A stretch of 63,836 nucleotides of DNA, counting the filler, from Octopus bimaculoides (lineage: Eukaryota), in assembly GCF_001194135.2 (NCBI RefSeq). It is 7 parts of 5 records of this genome, joined end to end, with 100 filler letters (N's around TTAATTAATTAA, not from the genome) between each part and the next. Parts side by side here need not be neighbours in the genome. Positions count along the whole stretch, not along the records: positions 30,125 to 55,598 come from NC_068999.1; 6 more parts are not named here. One strand, written 5' to 3'. The stretch's first letter is position 1. Each line of letters begins with the position of its first letter. The notes under the pieces are model-generated. The model searched no databases. It worked only from the letters and a program-made list of their open reading frames with translations, and was not told the origin of the DNA. This document shows, piece by piece, positions 38,830 through 52,377 of the stretch. The translations under genes and the position numbers were made by a program.

Positions 38830-40529
38830 CGGCCTTCTTTCAGTTCCTGTCTACCAAATCCTTATATAAGACTTTGGTCGGCCCAATGCTCTAGTAGAAG
38901 ACACTTGCTCAAGGTACCACGCAGTAGGACTGAACTATGTTGTTTGAAAGCAAGTTCCTTACCACACAAACACGCCAGCACCTAAACGTAATTTTAACAA
39001 GTAAAATGAAAATGATTTGCCTTTTAATCCAAGTATGAGATATTATGAATGTACTAATCAAATATTTGGGTTGTCCTAATATCCCTATCAATCATTCTTG
39101 ATGTGAGAGGAATCATGATACATGAAGTCCTAGATTTTTCCTCCTTCCAGTATCAATAAAATTCTAAATCCACGGCAGTACTTCCAAGCAGTGGATTCGG
39201 AATTCCTGTGAAGCATTCTACATGGAAATACAATCACAACAGATGAAAACGTAGCCTTTGATCCTTCTGGCATTGATAAAAAGATGGATGTAATTAATAA
39301 ATCCATTTCCTTCCAATTCTGAAGACTTGTGCACACGTAAGGGACATTTAATTTTAACTTGAATCAGATATCAATTGCGTATGTTCTCATAGAAAACCTG
39401 ATTGGAAACAAGATTTTTTAAAAAGGTATACAAACACTTAGATCTAACAAATCTTTGCAGAGAATAATCTAACAATGTTTACTAGCCATAATTTTGCTAT
39501 TTATTAACCAGCATCCATGTTTTAATTCTAGGTAAGCTGTGGTTCGCATTTTGAGAAGTGATGGTGTATTTCATTTTCCGTATTGTCTGGGGGTTTTTAT
39601 TTTTTAGATTGTTAATGTGAAATTGCGTGTTGAAACAGATATAGCTGTATTTTTAAATGCCAAGAAACTAACTCAGATTATGGACTGAGAACATAGTAGC
39701 ACTGACGAAGCGCGCGAAGGTTAGTTTATCATGAATGAGGTCACAGGCTTTGACGAAAGAACTTTGATAAACCAATTAACCAATTAATTAATTGATTAAT
39801 TAATTAATTAATTAATTATCTAATTAATTGATAATAAATCTAAGGTGAATTACATGCGCGCCGTGTTTATTCTCAGAAAGACCCTGCCAAAGTAAAACAA
39901 TACAAAGTCAATTCAAATCGATAGATCTTCAGATCGATTCTTCATAACAATGAAGTCATTCGGCATTGCTATGCGAATTATTTAAATACCCCTGCTATTT
40001 TTAATTGAAAATTATGCCAGGCTTAATGCATGCGTTGTGATAACCTCAATGAACAGTGAACCTCTAACATTGCTATTTACTTTATTAAGATACATTTCAG
40101 TTCACATGTGTATCACAGCGTTTTATTACACGACGCCGAACCTCGGTGACACACACCTTGCCGTTTTAGTCTACACATATCTATTAGAATAACTGGTGTG
40201 AAATAAGGTAGTGCCCACTATTAAAATAAGAGTATTTTTTTCTATCACTAGAAACATACTCATCAGATATATTACAAGAATTAAAAGTATTCATTTCATT
40301 GTTTCTGGTGTTAGCGGCATGTTCATGTATCACAAACACCGTTGCTTTTGATGTTTTCTCATTCGAATTGTAATATAATTTCCTGTGAAAATTTTTCTGT
40401 TGTATATATGATCGATATACTTGCTTTCTTGCGTCAATTCTCAATAAGAGTACATAGAGTCTTCCTAAGAAGTTCGAAATGCTAAGTAAAGTATTAAAAA
40501 CAGCCATTGAATACTTACCCATCACTTAC

Positions 40530-40658
40530 ATTCTTGGAATGTTTTATCATTGGATAGATTTTTGAAACATGAGGATTTTAATTTATTTTTTTCTTCAATA
40601 TAATTTTGCGCATGATAACATTCGTAGTGTTTCGGCTTATATTTCTTTAAGTCCAACG
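40530..40658 (-). CDS. Candidate orphan coding exon, product unknown
   Basis: Acceptor TAGTTTTGCAG, donor GTAAGT, 129 nt, phase 1-1, open: LDLKKYKPKHYECYHAQNYIEEKNKLKSSCFKNLSNDKTFQE. No homology recognised. Confidence 0.3.
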
Positions 40659-41331
40659 CTGCAAAACTACAAGATTTCGTATATACAGCAAAGTTGTTTT
40701 TGCGCTTTTAAATAAGTTTTAATAACAGCTAAAACTGATTAAATTCATGCTAATTTTCACAGTTTTATGAACTATGTTAAAAACACAAAAGAATGCAACA
40801 TTTTCCAGTTTCTGTTTGTCTGTTCCAATTATATATGCTAATCTATCTCAGCTCTATCTGCATACATTATCTTGTCTAACATGTTATCCTGCCTTGTATT
40901 ACGTTTTATATTCCACGAATACAATGAACGTTTTAATGTTTATGTTAAACCGGTCCCCAGTACCAAATCAACATTCAAAACGGGGACCACATTTTCCTTG
41001 CTTTCAATGTTAGCTATCTACGTAGGGATGCTTAACGATCATTCGCACTAAATGGAATCATAAACTGACCATTTTTATTAGCTAATTCGAGGGTAATAAT
41101 ACTTTGAGTAAATTGAAAATTTGATTTTCAACACACTTGAACTAGTTCAGGTTATTTTTTAATTAAGTTGGGCCTTAACACGAAATGGCTTTCTCACTCT
41201 TCCTTTGTTTAATATTTTAAATAGATTTCCTACAGTCATCAAAATTGTCGAATTCGTTTTCTTTCTACATTGCTTTCAGAGAATCTTCATCTCTGTTAAC
41301 ATTTAACGGCAGGCTTTTTAAAAAGAGTGTA

Positions 41332-41512
41332 ATAATAACAACATCGAAAAATACCTCAGGAATGAGAACCCAGGTTCGAGATTACCGCAAGACACCTGAT
41401 GAAGGCTGGAGGATATAACAGCCGAAACGTTGTGTTAACAACAAATAAGATGAGAACAAATATCCGTCAAATGTAAATAATGTACATAATTCCTCATCTC
41501 TTAAATATAGAA

Positions 41513-41515
<3 letters not shown>
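41332..41515 (+). mobile_element. Headless copy of the same element, retaining the hammerhead motif
   Basis: Colinear with 38553-38718: CGAAAA.TACC..AGGAATGAGAACC.AG...GTTGTGTTAACAACAAA.AAGATGAG...CCGTCAA.TGTAAATAATGT. Confidence 0.8.
41391..41436 (+). ncRNA. Minimal type I hammerhead ribozyme motif
   Basis: Stem I GACAC/GTGTT; CTGATGA (41396-41402) plus one extra A; stem II GGCTG/CAGCC; GAAA (41424-41427); palindromic stem III ACGT; predicted cleavage after GUU at 41431. Confidence 0.72.
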
Positions 41516-41547
<32 letters not shown>

Positions 41548-42149
41548 NNNNNNNNNNNNNNNNNNNNNNNNNNNNNNNNNNNNNNNNNNNNNNNNNNNNN
41601 NNNNNNNNNNNNNNNNNNNNNNNNNNNNNNNNNNNNNNNNNNNNNNNNNNNNNNNNNNNNNNNNNNNNNNNNNNNNNNNNNNNNNNNNNNNNNNNNNNNN
41701 NNNNNNNNNNNNNNNNNNNNNNNNNNNNNNNNNNNNNNNNNNNNNNNNNNNNNNNNNNNNNNNNNNNNNNNNNNNNNNNNNNNNNNNNNNNNNNNNNNNN
41801 NNNNNNNNNNNNNNNNNNNNNNNNNNNNNNNNNNNNNNNNNNNNNNNNNNNNNNNNNNNNNNNNNNNNNNNNNNNNNNNNNNNNNNNNNNNNNNNNNNNN
41901 NNNNNNNNNNNNNNNNNNNNNNNNNNNNNNNNNNNNNNNNNNNNNNNNNNNNNNNNNNNNNNNNNNNNNNNNNNNNNNNNNNNNNNNNNNNNNNCATTTA
42001 AATCATTGCTAATTTCCACGTTTATTATTTGTAAATACAAGTCTGTTTTATATTTCGTCCTTGAACTGTCCTCAACGTGTTGAGATTATTGTATTACTCT
42101 AATTAAACCTTGACACTCTGCGCAAAATCCTTTGCGACATTTCTTCCGG

Positions 42150-45100
42150 TTTCATCTTCTGCGATCAAATTCCCCCGTGGCCGAGTTTGCTCTTCATTCT
42201 TTCGGCATGAACATAGGTACTTATGTCAATAAAATAAATACCTGGTGAGCACTGGGGTCGAAGTAATCGGCTAGCTCTCTCCCTCAAAACTTCAGACCTT
42301 CTGCCTATGGTAGAAGTGATTGTTATAAACATAAACATTAATACTGTTATAATAATAATACTTAATTCATTGATTTACAAGAATGAGTTGAAACCAAATA
42401 TTTTGACGGTTGGAATTGCGGATTTAAACAACCCCAGTGCATGACTGATACTCGATTGTATCACCCACACAAAGAAGAAACGCAAATTTGAACTTAAAAG
42501 GTAAACGATCGTAAGTACTGATCCCATAGCTCTGGCAAATTTGTCAAACCACTTCACCTCTTGTTTTCAGAACTTTACTAAATAAACTCTCATACCTGCT
42601 CTTAGTGGATTCGGTGAAGTATTATTTGCTGAACGCGTATAGTTTTTAGAATTACATAAACAGCATTCAAAATACGGGGTAGAAAAAATAAATATCATGA
42701 ATCATCTCTGTAGCTAAATAATAATTATTTATATTTATTTCTAAAATAAGGCAGTGACCTGACGGAATCGTTAGCATGCCGGGAAAAATGCTTAGTGGCA
42801 TTTCATCCGTCTTTAATTTCTGAGGTCAAATTCCACCATTGTCGACTTTTCCTTTCGAAGTCAATAAAATAAGTACCAGTCGATCACTTGATCCGATGCA
42901 ATCAACTTGCTCGCATCCGCACCAAACTTGTTGGCCTTGTACCAAAATTTGAAATCAATATTTATTTTTTTAATATTTACAAGCCATAATACATTCTGTT
43001 TACGTCGAATCTGTAAATATACTTCAGTATTGATGCAATGATCTCATATATGACCTAGAAGAATTAATGACAGGCTGGATACATCACCAGTCAAAGTTAA
43101 ATAATTCTTATTTTTCTTGTGTCTTCTACTTCGATGAAATAAGTCAGACATTTATTGTTATCGTTTAAGTTCTCCTTTGAACTGATGTCTTTTCAGAAGA
43201 CAAATGACTACCCATTGATTGCTCTGTGCATTAACGTTGCAAACTGTTTATATTTTCTTAAAGAATATCTATAACAAACAAAAATGTAAGATATTGATTC
43301 TGATAAACCTTACAAGTCAACCGGGTAGATATTAAACGCATTCGACTACAAGAACAGATTATTATTAATGTTGTTTTCCTTTTCATGAATATAAATGCAC
43401 ACATGGCTGAATGGTTAAGAATGCTGACACAAGGCTAACTTGTTTGATAAAATTGCTAAGCAGGATTCCTCCCGACACATCACGCTTTAAGTTCAAATTC
43501 CACCGAGTTCGACTCTGCCATTCATTCTTTCGGTATTTATAAAATGAAGTACCAGTCAAATACTGAGGCCAGTGTAAACCCCTTACCCTTTCCTAAAATT
43601 GATAGTCTTGTGCTAAAATTAGGGAGGACGATAATCATTATATAAAGTATTTCGATTAAATAAGCACCAGTTGAGCACTGTGGTGGGTGGGTGGTCGATG
43701 TGATCGACTAGACCCCTTCACCTAAAAAGCTTCAGGCTTTGTGCGTACAGTAGAACGGATTATATAAAGTCAATGAATTTGACTAGTTGGTTTGGATGCT
43801 GCTGTTTATACTTTTCCATTGATGTCGTTTTCCAGCAGTTCTAAATAATTTGACATGCGCAAGGTACACACACGTACACACATTTCTTTACTAAACGCAA
43901 AATTTTGTTGCTGTCGTCTCTGCCGATTACACTACTTGGATATTGGTGTCCCAAGAGTCACCAAATGCCGCCGGTTGGCTGGTGACTCCTGACTCCTGTA
44001 TAAATTTTTATCGCATAATTTATACCTACTCCTAGAGGAGTATATACACATGAATATGGTTGCGATATATAAGGTGGTGAGCTGGCAGAATCCTTAGCAC
44101 GCCGGGCAAAATGCTTAGCGACAGTTTGTCCGTGTTCGCGTTTTGAGTTCATAATCCGCCGAGGTCGACTTTGCCTATAATCCTTTCGGAGTCGATACAA
44201 TAAGTACCAGTTGAGTACTGGGATCGATGTAATCGACCTAACCCATTCCCTGAAATAGCTGGTCTTGTGTCGAAATTTGACATCAATGTGATTCCGATGC
44301 AAAACTACAAAAAATAGTACTCATTTCTTTGCACAGCGTAGTTTCGATCTACAAACCTCGACACGCTTCCACTTCCCTATTCTTCTCAACGAGTGCTTAA
44401 GCAAATATATCATACATTACTTGTTATATCGACTGTTTAGGATTACATTATTTCTATTACATCATCCGTCGGTTGTTATATATTTGTTGATTATTTATTT
44501 CTGTGTATTGCCCCATGTCGAATATACGAAACATAATAACTACACAATACACGCCGGAGTACCGGAATGTTAATTTACTTATTAAATGGCGACATTTTTC
44601 TCTGCCAATACTCCGAGAGTCTCTTTGACAAACCACATGCATAGATCTACGAGCTGCAAATACTTCTGGGTATCTCTTCATTTGCCATTTTCAGATCAGC
44701 CAGAAGCAAATCAATTCTGTAAAAGCTTCCCCAGTGCAACATAGCAAGCGAGCTTGCTAGTAAAGTAAGACTAAATTAAATGGATCTGCGTCAGTTTCGA
44801 CGATGAATATTTCAGATGTTTGATTAAAAGAAACATGTGCTGATAGATTTACAGTGGAAATTCCTGACACGTTTACCCTTGATGTTATTTTCGTGGGGAC
44901 TGAGATTGCGAGGGATAAGAATTGACCATCAAAGACGGTGAACTGGTAGAATTGCTGAACAAAATGCTTAACGATATCTCGTCCGTCTTTACGCTTTGAG
45001 TTCAAATTCCACAGAGGTCGACTTTGGCATTCTTCCTTTCGGAGTCGATAAAATAAATACCAACTGAATAATGGGTCAATGGAATCGACTTATCCCTATG

Positions 45101-45360
45101 CCCAAATTTGCTGGTCTTGTGCTAAAATTTAAAATCAGTATGAGAGAAAAATTCAAGGAGGCAATCTGGCAGAACCGTTAGCAACGCCGGATGGAATGCT
45201 GAGAGATATGTCGTTTGTCTTTACGTCAGGGTTTAAATTGTGTAGAGGTCAACTTTACCTTTCATCCTTTCGGAGTCGATAAAATGAGTACCACTGTCGA
45301 GGCAAGCGACTGAAACCCTCCCTCAAAATTGCTGGCTTTGTACCATAAATTCAAACCACA
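42150..45360 (+). mobile_element. Dense cluster of about eight SINE family A copies or fragments, mostly plus strand
   Basis: Copies at ~42150-42320, 42360-42560 (-), 42745-42955, 43400-43625, 43660-43760, 44070-44285, 44930-45135, 45160-45355. Confidence 0.85.
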
Positions 45361-46254
45361 AACCAATATGTGAGAAAAATCCATACGCTGAACCAGTTAC
45401 ATTCAAAATGCTTTGGTCAACACGAACCTAAATCCAAAGATTTTTTTTTTTTTTTTTTCACAAAATCACACCAATTGTAATTGATCTAGAAACCTCTTGA
45501 TTACAAAGCGAAGTTCTTAACCAATCGGCAGTGCAAACTATGTAGAGCCACATAAACAACGAACATATACACAAAGATATACCCAATCATAGTTATGTAA
45601 GTGCTAGCACACTTAGTGCAAAGTGTATTAAATATTAACAAAAGCTAATTATAAGGTGCGAAAAAAAATAAGCACGCGTTATATTAGTGATGGTAATTTA
45701 TTCACAAAATAATCGTATAGTACCTGATTACAGATAAACTGATAAAAATTGAACCCTGGAATATTCTCATTTTAAATTAAGATAATTTTCTGATACAGTT
45801 CGAAGAGTTTATCAGAATTTACAGCTATATAAGAAAGAATATTAATAATGTATTGCATTCATTTATACATACGCAACCACATACTGCAACAACGCATTTT
45901 ATTATTGTTATTATTATTATTATATACGCTGTATTCTCACCACACAATTACTTACACACACGCACACACGCACGCACACACACACATATACGTACACATA
46001 GGTATACACGCATATATTCGTGTATATGGTTGAATGCGTGAATGAATATGTTCGTGCGTGTGAGCGGGAACGCGAGCGTATGTGCTTGTGTGTGTGCGTA
46101 TATGGAACCGTGCATATAAAAATACACACTGCTATATATATGCAGTTATATAATGTTGTTATATTAATATGTACATACATATGTATATATGATTATATGC
46201 ATATGTGTATGTGTACGTGTGTGTGTGTGTGTGTGTGTGTGCGTGTGTCGAGAA

Positions 46255-46289
<35 letters not shown>

Positions 46290-47999
46290 CAAACATACAC
46301 CTTCACACACAAAGAAGGAATTAATGCTAATACTTCCAAGTAAATCTATAATAAAAAACTGTTATCTATAATGATAAGATAGTATATAAATTATTCATGT
46401 AATATTCTATACATTCACACAATGTATGTGCACATTAGCAACTACGCCGTGACACAAACGAGTCACATNNNNNNNNNNNNNNNNNNNNNNNNNNNNNNNN
46501 NNNNNNNNNNNNNNNNNNNNNNNNNNNNNNNNNNNNNNNNNNNNNNNNNNNNNNNNNNNNNNNNNNNNATATATATATACATAAAATATATATATATACA
46601 CACACACATGCGTATATAACTCCGTATGTTTCATATGTTTTCATATTTCGTATATCGTATATATCGTATTTTCTGTCTGTCTCTCTCTATATATGTATGT
46701 ACGTATGTATGTATGATGTATGTATGTATCTATGTATGTGTACATGTATGCGTGCTTGCGTATGTGAGTATATGCACGCACGCGTGCTTGTGTGTGTAGT
46801 TGTGTTTGTGAGTTAATGTGTGTATTATGAATGCTCATAGAAACTTGTATGCGTCTGTTGGTTAATGTAGTTTAGAAATGCATCTATAGAATGAAGAATC
46901 ATTCATTCATGTAATTCATTATGATCTTTCTTCTTTCGTTAATACATTATACATACATACACACACACATACATACGTACGTGAGTGTGTGTGTGTGTGT
47001 GTGTATATGTGTGTGTGTTTCAGAGTGTGCGTTTGTGTGTCTATGTGTATGAGAAGCCAGTGCATCACATTGTACTTAAAGTAGAAATGAACGCAAAGTA
47101 ATATATCAAAAGAAACCTATTATACACATAGGATAACTAAATTATTATCTGATGGTAAGTTATTTATGCAAATTGCTGTCTGTACATTATGGCATTATGG
47201 CGAACTTAATGTTCTTCATTGAAGACAAAAAAAAATATGATTTCAAATATTTATATCACATGAGAGCAGAGTTCTTTTAACCATCAGTTTCAAAAACTTT
47301 GCGTAAATAGAAAACCGTAAGCTTTCCCAATATGTCTTATATTTAGACTGTCTCTCGTTTGGCATCGAATTTCATATTTAACCAACTACATTTGTTGCAG
47401 TTCAACGCCTTAGGTCAAGATCTGATTGAGCCAACCTTTAAAAGAACACCCTAAATGCGACCGTCTATTCTTCATAAAGGTATCTTGCAAGATATTATTA
47501 GGATTTGTGTTTCATATACTGTTTCCTATCAGAGATAAACTTTTTTTCCTCAGTAATCTATAGATGTTCTTTTTGTTTAACTCTACAGGTCAGCATTTCA
47601 CTGATGCAATTATTTCACCAGATGTAATTATGTAACATTTTAAGATATAAGCTATCTTAGAGGACATCTATAATAACAGAAGTGAAATACTGTCTGTCCG
47701 TCTGGGACCCCTGTATCTCAGTCTACATTTGTTCTACATAGACGTATTATACCCTTTTAGAATCAGGATGATCTTGGGATTGATAACCTGCCCTTCATTT
47801 AGTTCTTGAACAATAGAATGATTGATTTACAAAATTAATTCTCATGCGTCCCTCAAACACCACCGGGTGTATTATAATCAGGCTATTTACCTCACCTTAG
47901 TTTTTGGTCGCAGGTCCAGTAAAGCCCTCCGCATGAGCCAGTCTCAAAGTCAGCACGGAGTGCGGCTTTTAAGCTAGTTATATATATATATATATATAA

Positions 48000-48210
48000 C
48001 TGGCAAAATTGTTAGCACGCCGGGAGAAATACTTAGCAGTATTTTGTTTTTACATTTTGAGTTCAAATTTCGCAGAGGTCTACTTTGCCTTTCATCCTTT
48101 CGGGGTCGATGAAAGAAGTACCAGTTGAACACTAGGTTCAGTGTAATCGACTCGCCACCCCTCTCCTTTGCCGAACTTTCCGGCCTTGTGTCAAAATTTG
48201 AAACGATTAT
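48000..48210 (+). mobile_element. SINE family A copy
   Basis: TGGCAAAATTGTTAGCACGCCGGG...GAGTTCAAATTT...GCCTTTCATCCTTTCGGGGTCGATG...AAAATTTGAAAC. Confidence 0.9.
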
Positions 48211-49538
48211 TTATTACTNNNNNNNNNNNNNNNNNNNNNNNNNNNNNNNNNNNNNNNNNNNNNNNNNNNNNNNNNNNNNNNNNNNNNNNNNNNNNNNNNN
48301 NNNNNNNNNNNNNNNNNNNNNNNNNNNNNNNNNNNNNNNNNNNNNNNNNNNNNNNNNNNNNNNNNNNNNNNNNNNNNNNNNNNNNNNNNNNNNNNNNNNN
48401 NNNNNNNNNNNNNNNNNNNNNNNNNNNNNNNNNNNNNNNNNNNNNNNNNNNNNNNNNNNNNNNNNNNNNNNNNNNNNNNNNNNNNNNNNNNNNNNNNNNN
48501 NNNNNNNNNNNNNNNNNNNNNNNNNNNNNNNNNNNNNNNNNNNNNNNNNNNNNNNNNNNNNNNNNNNNNNNNNNNNNNNNNNNNNNNNNNNNNNNNNNNN
48601 NNNNNNNNNNNNNNNNNNNNNNNNNNNNNNNNNNNNNNNNNNNNNNNNNNNNNNNNNNNNNNNNNNNNNNNNNNNNNNNNNNNNNNNNNNNNNNNNNNNN
48701 NNNNNNNNNNNNNNNNNNNNNNNNNNNNNNNNNNNNNNNNNNNNNNNNNNNNNNNNNNNNNNNNNNNNNNNNNNNNNNNNNNNNNNNNNNNNNNNNNNNN
48801 NNNNNNNNNNNNNNNNNNNNNNNNNNNNNNNNNNNNNNNNNNNNNNNNNNNNNNNNNNNNNNNNNNNNNNNNNNNNNNNNNNNNNNNNNNNNNNNNNNNN
48901 NNNNNNNNNNNNNNNNNNNNNNNNNNNNNNNNNNNNNNNNNNNNNNNNNNNNNNNNNNNNNNNNNNNNNNNNNNNNNNNNNNNNNNNNNNNNNNNNNNNN
49001 NNNNNNNNNNNNNNNNNNNNNNNNNNNNNNNNNNNNNNNNNNNNNNNNNNNNNNNNNNNNNNNNNNNNNNNNNNNNNTGTGTGTGTGTGCGCGCGCGCGC
49101 GCGTGTGTTTTAAGACTCTTCTTTCCTCTTTTGTTGATGAAAATGTATATTTTCATTTCGTGTTCTAAACAACTATTTTTACTTTTATAGCAGTAAAAAA
49201 ACGGCCACTGTGTGTGCGTGTGTATGTATTGATGTGTTTGTGTGTGTCTATAATGTAAATCCCAAGATGGTCACAGCTTTGGGCTACAACACCCAAAAGA
49301 ATAAAGGAACATACATACGTACACACACATACTCATAGACGTATACACGCAGGTATATCACCGCCACCCCACACGCATACGTCGATATAGTTAAAGACAT
49401 ATTGTCCTCTCGACTAATGTCTGGATGCAGTTTTAAATGCAATAAATTGAATGCTAATCTCACAACACCTAAAACTATTTGCATAATGAAATTAAACTAA
49501 GTAAATAATTTTCTTTTCTAAACAAAAAGGAAACTGCA

Positions 49539-49600
<62 letters not shown>

Positions 49601-49659
49601 CTTGCGTGCATAAGTACATGTGTGTGTGTGTGTGTAAATATACTCACTCATATAGGCAT

Positions 49660-50120
49660 AAGGCTTGAAATTTGTGGGGGGGGGGAGAATAGTCGATTTC
49701 ATCGACCTCTCTGAGTAATTGGTATTTATTTCATCCACCCCAAAATGGTGTAAAGCAAAGTCGACCTCGGCGGAATTTGAACTCAGAACGTACCGAAGGG
49801 CGAAATGCCGCTGCGCATTTCGTCCAGCTTGCTATCGATTCTGCCAGTTCGCCTTATATATATATATACTGACAATGAGTGAGTGATAGTAAGAGAAGTA
49901 AAAGGGAAGTGAAGTAATAAATGAATTAGTTAAAAGCAGCGTGTTGGCAGAAACATTAGCGCCGGGCGAAATGCTTAGCGGTATTTCGTCTGTCTTAATG
50001 TTCTGAGTTCAAATTCTGTTGAGGTCGACTTTGCCTCTGGTCCTTTCGAACTGGGGTCGATCTAATCGACTGGCCCTCTCCCCCAAAATGTCGGGCCTTG
50101 AGCTTAGAGTAGAAAAGAAT
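49660..50120. mobile_element. Head-to-head inverted pair of SINE family A copies
   Basis: Minus copy ~49660-49858, plus copy ~49935-50120, spacer ~80 nt. Confidence 0.88.
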
Positions 50121-52335
50121 TAGCTATTGCAATACTCCCTGGATACAACGCAACGAAAGAGTGAGAAAGCAAAAATGTGATTTCGTTGCATATAGATCAA
50201 TTAGATTTAAGCTGTTTTAAGCTGAAAGATAAAATAGTAACAATCATAATACAGCGAAAATATCAATGGAAAACAGTGAAATATTTATGGTTCGAATATT
50301 CTGATAAAAGACAACCATCGTACAAACATCATTGCAATATTTTAAAATATAGTATTTCCATTGTATAATTAAATTTCTTCAACAACACCAGCAAATATTT
50401 TGAAAAAAACAGAAGCAGCTATTTTAGAAGGCAAAATTACCTCCCTCATTGGACTGCGGCTATGATGGATCATCGCTTTGAAGTGTTAGTCGGACATTTC
50501 GATAGCCTCCAGTAATTATTACATCTGTCCCTTTGAACTATTAAGCTGCATGAACGTAAACAAACTAACAGTGGATTTCTAGTGCTAAGTTAATGCTAGT
50601 GCTAAACACCATGTTGGTGCATAAATAGTTTTTTATTTGTATGTTAAAAAAGCTATCAATGATTTCGTGTAAAGATACCTTTTTCAATTATTTAAGCATG
50701 CTAAAGGGAAGCGTTTGTACTCGTCTCTATTTTGGGGTGGTTAGATTGTTTATGTATACTATGTATTTTTTTGTTTTCCTTTTTATGGATTTACAGATAC
50801 TGGACTCCGGGTGAGGGTAACATCTGGGAAGTTGACTAACTTTAGTTGTGTTTTCAAATTTAAGCTATAAAAATTCTTCCAAAACAGCTCTCTACCACAA
50901 CACAACAACCACTTCACCCAAACCCACATACAACAGAGACTTTATAAATCCAAGATTCGGGGTCGATAAAATGGTTACCAGTTGAACATCGGGGTCGATG
51001 TAATCGATTCCCCCGAAATTGCTGGTCTTGTGCCAAAACCTTAAATCAATATTTTACTGTTGAATAAGGCTCAAAGTCTTTAGGCCAGAACTCTGTCAAA
51101 TGGTTTAACGTATTATTTTCAGACTAATGCGATATTTGCTATAGTTAATAAAACTGTTGTTACTTTGGTGTTATGGGAAAACGAGTGTGTAGAAGCGCGC
51201 ATGCCTGATTGTTAAGTTTAATACATAATGGATATTTGATGACATTCTTCCTACATGTTTCTTTAATTGCTAATGTTCCAAAGCAGTTTTCCCAACAGTA
51301 ATCCTGGTAATCCAGTGGATTTCTATCAGTAACCAGGACGTAATTGTGGAACGAAAATGTTAGCATTTCGAACAAATAAAAGCAAAATGAAATCAAGAGT
51401 TATTCGGGTAATTTTTTAATAACTCTTCCATATTTAATTACTTCGGTTTCAATGCACAATCTCTGACCATGAAATTACCACACATGTACAACTCCGAAAT
51501 TTTCGGTAGTATACAAAGTCAGAGCAACGCTGTTACATTTTATCCAAAAATCCTGATTATTTTGCTGGCGTCAGAATTGTTATCAAAATTTTTGTCGTGT
51601 TTTCCTTCAGTTTAAAATTCTTCTATGTAATTAAATCTTGACGCAAATTACCTAGGAGTAGAAATTTTCATTAAATAATAGGAAAATTATCCAAATTAAT
51701 TCCAACAGTTAGAATTATAAAATTACTGTTGACATCATTAATAACAATAACACGCTAAATATCGAGTTTTTAGCTCACCAGAAAAAGGTTGGGCACTAAG
51801 GAAGTGATTGAAATGCTAGAAATAGAAGATATACTTTTCTCAAAACACCTGATTCTTTATAAATGAACATGTGTATATGAAGGATAATGTAGTCTTCGAT
51901 ACAGTCTTGTACGCTTAAAATAACTGGTGTTTAACTGCGTACCATGTTTAACTGAGTAGACCTAAACAATCTGAGACGCTGTAAGTTTTTGTTATCGAGA
52001 AAGTTCAGATTAGGAAATGAATTTTAATCGAAAGCACAATTCCATTGGATGAAGATATAAGACTTGAATGAGGGAACGACAAAAATCTTATAATAATAGG
52101 GTCTTTGAGAGTGGTTTTAAAAGCCAATGGCTTGCGAACTAATATGTAACCAAAACCTCAGGATTCACAAATATTTATAGCATAAAAATCAATGGTAATA
52201 GGCTCTACATTATACGTAGAACACTTAGAATAAAGTAGACTCACAAATGAATGAAATGTAATAGGGCAGACACCCAAGCTACACACAACTGCTCAGTAGT
52301 GCGGTGAAATCACTCAATAAAATTAAGACTACTGA

Positions 52336-52377
<42 letters not shown>

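Noticed and set aside
39150-39336. Plus-strand segment with a good acceptor (TTCCTCCTTCCAG) and donor (GTAAGG)
   Set aside because: All three frames contain stops; at best a non-coding exon.
1892-47175. Octamer motifs ATGCAAAT/ATTTGCAT (~1892, 19440, 33342, 47165), an E-box at ~18659 and TAAT sites
   Set aside because: Expected by chance in 64 kb of AT-rich DNA; no associated snRNA or histone gene seen.
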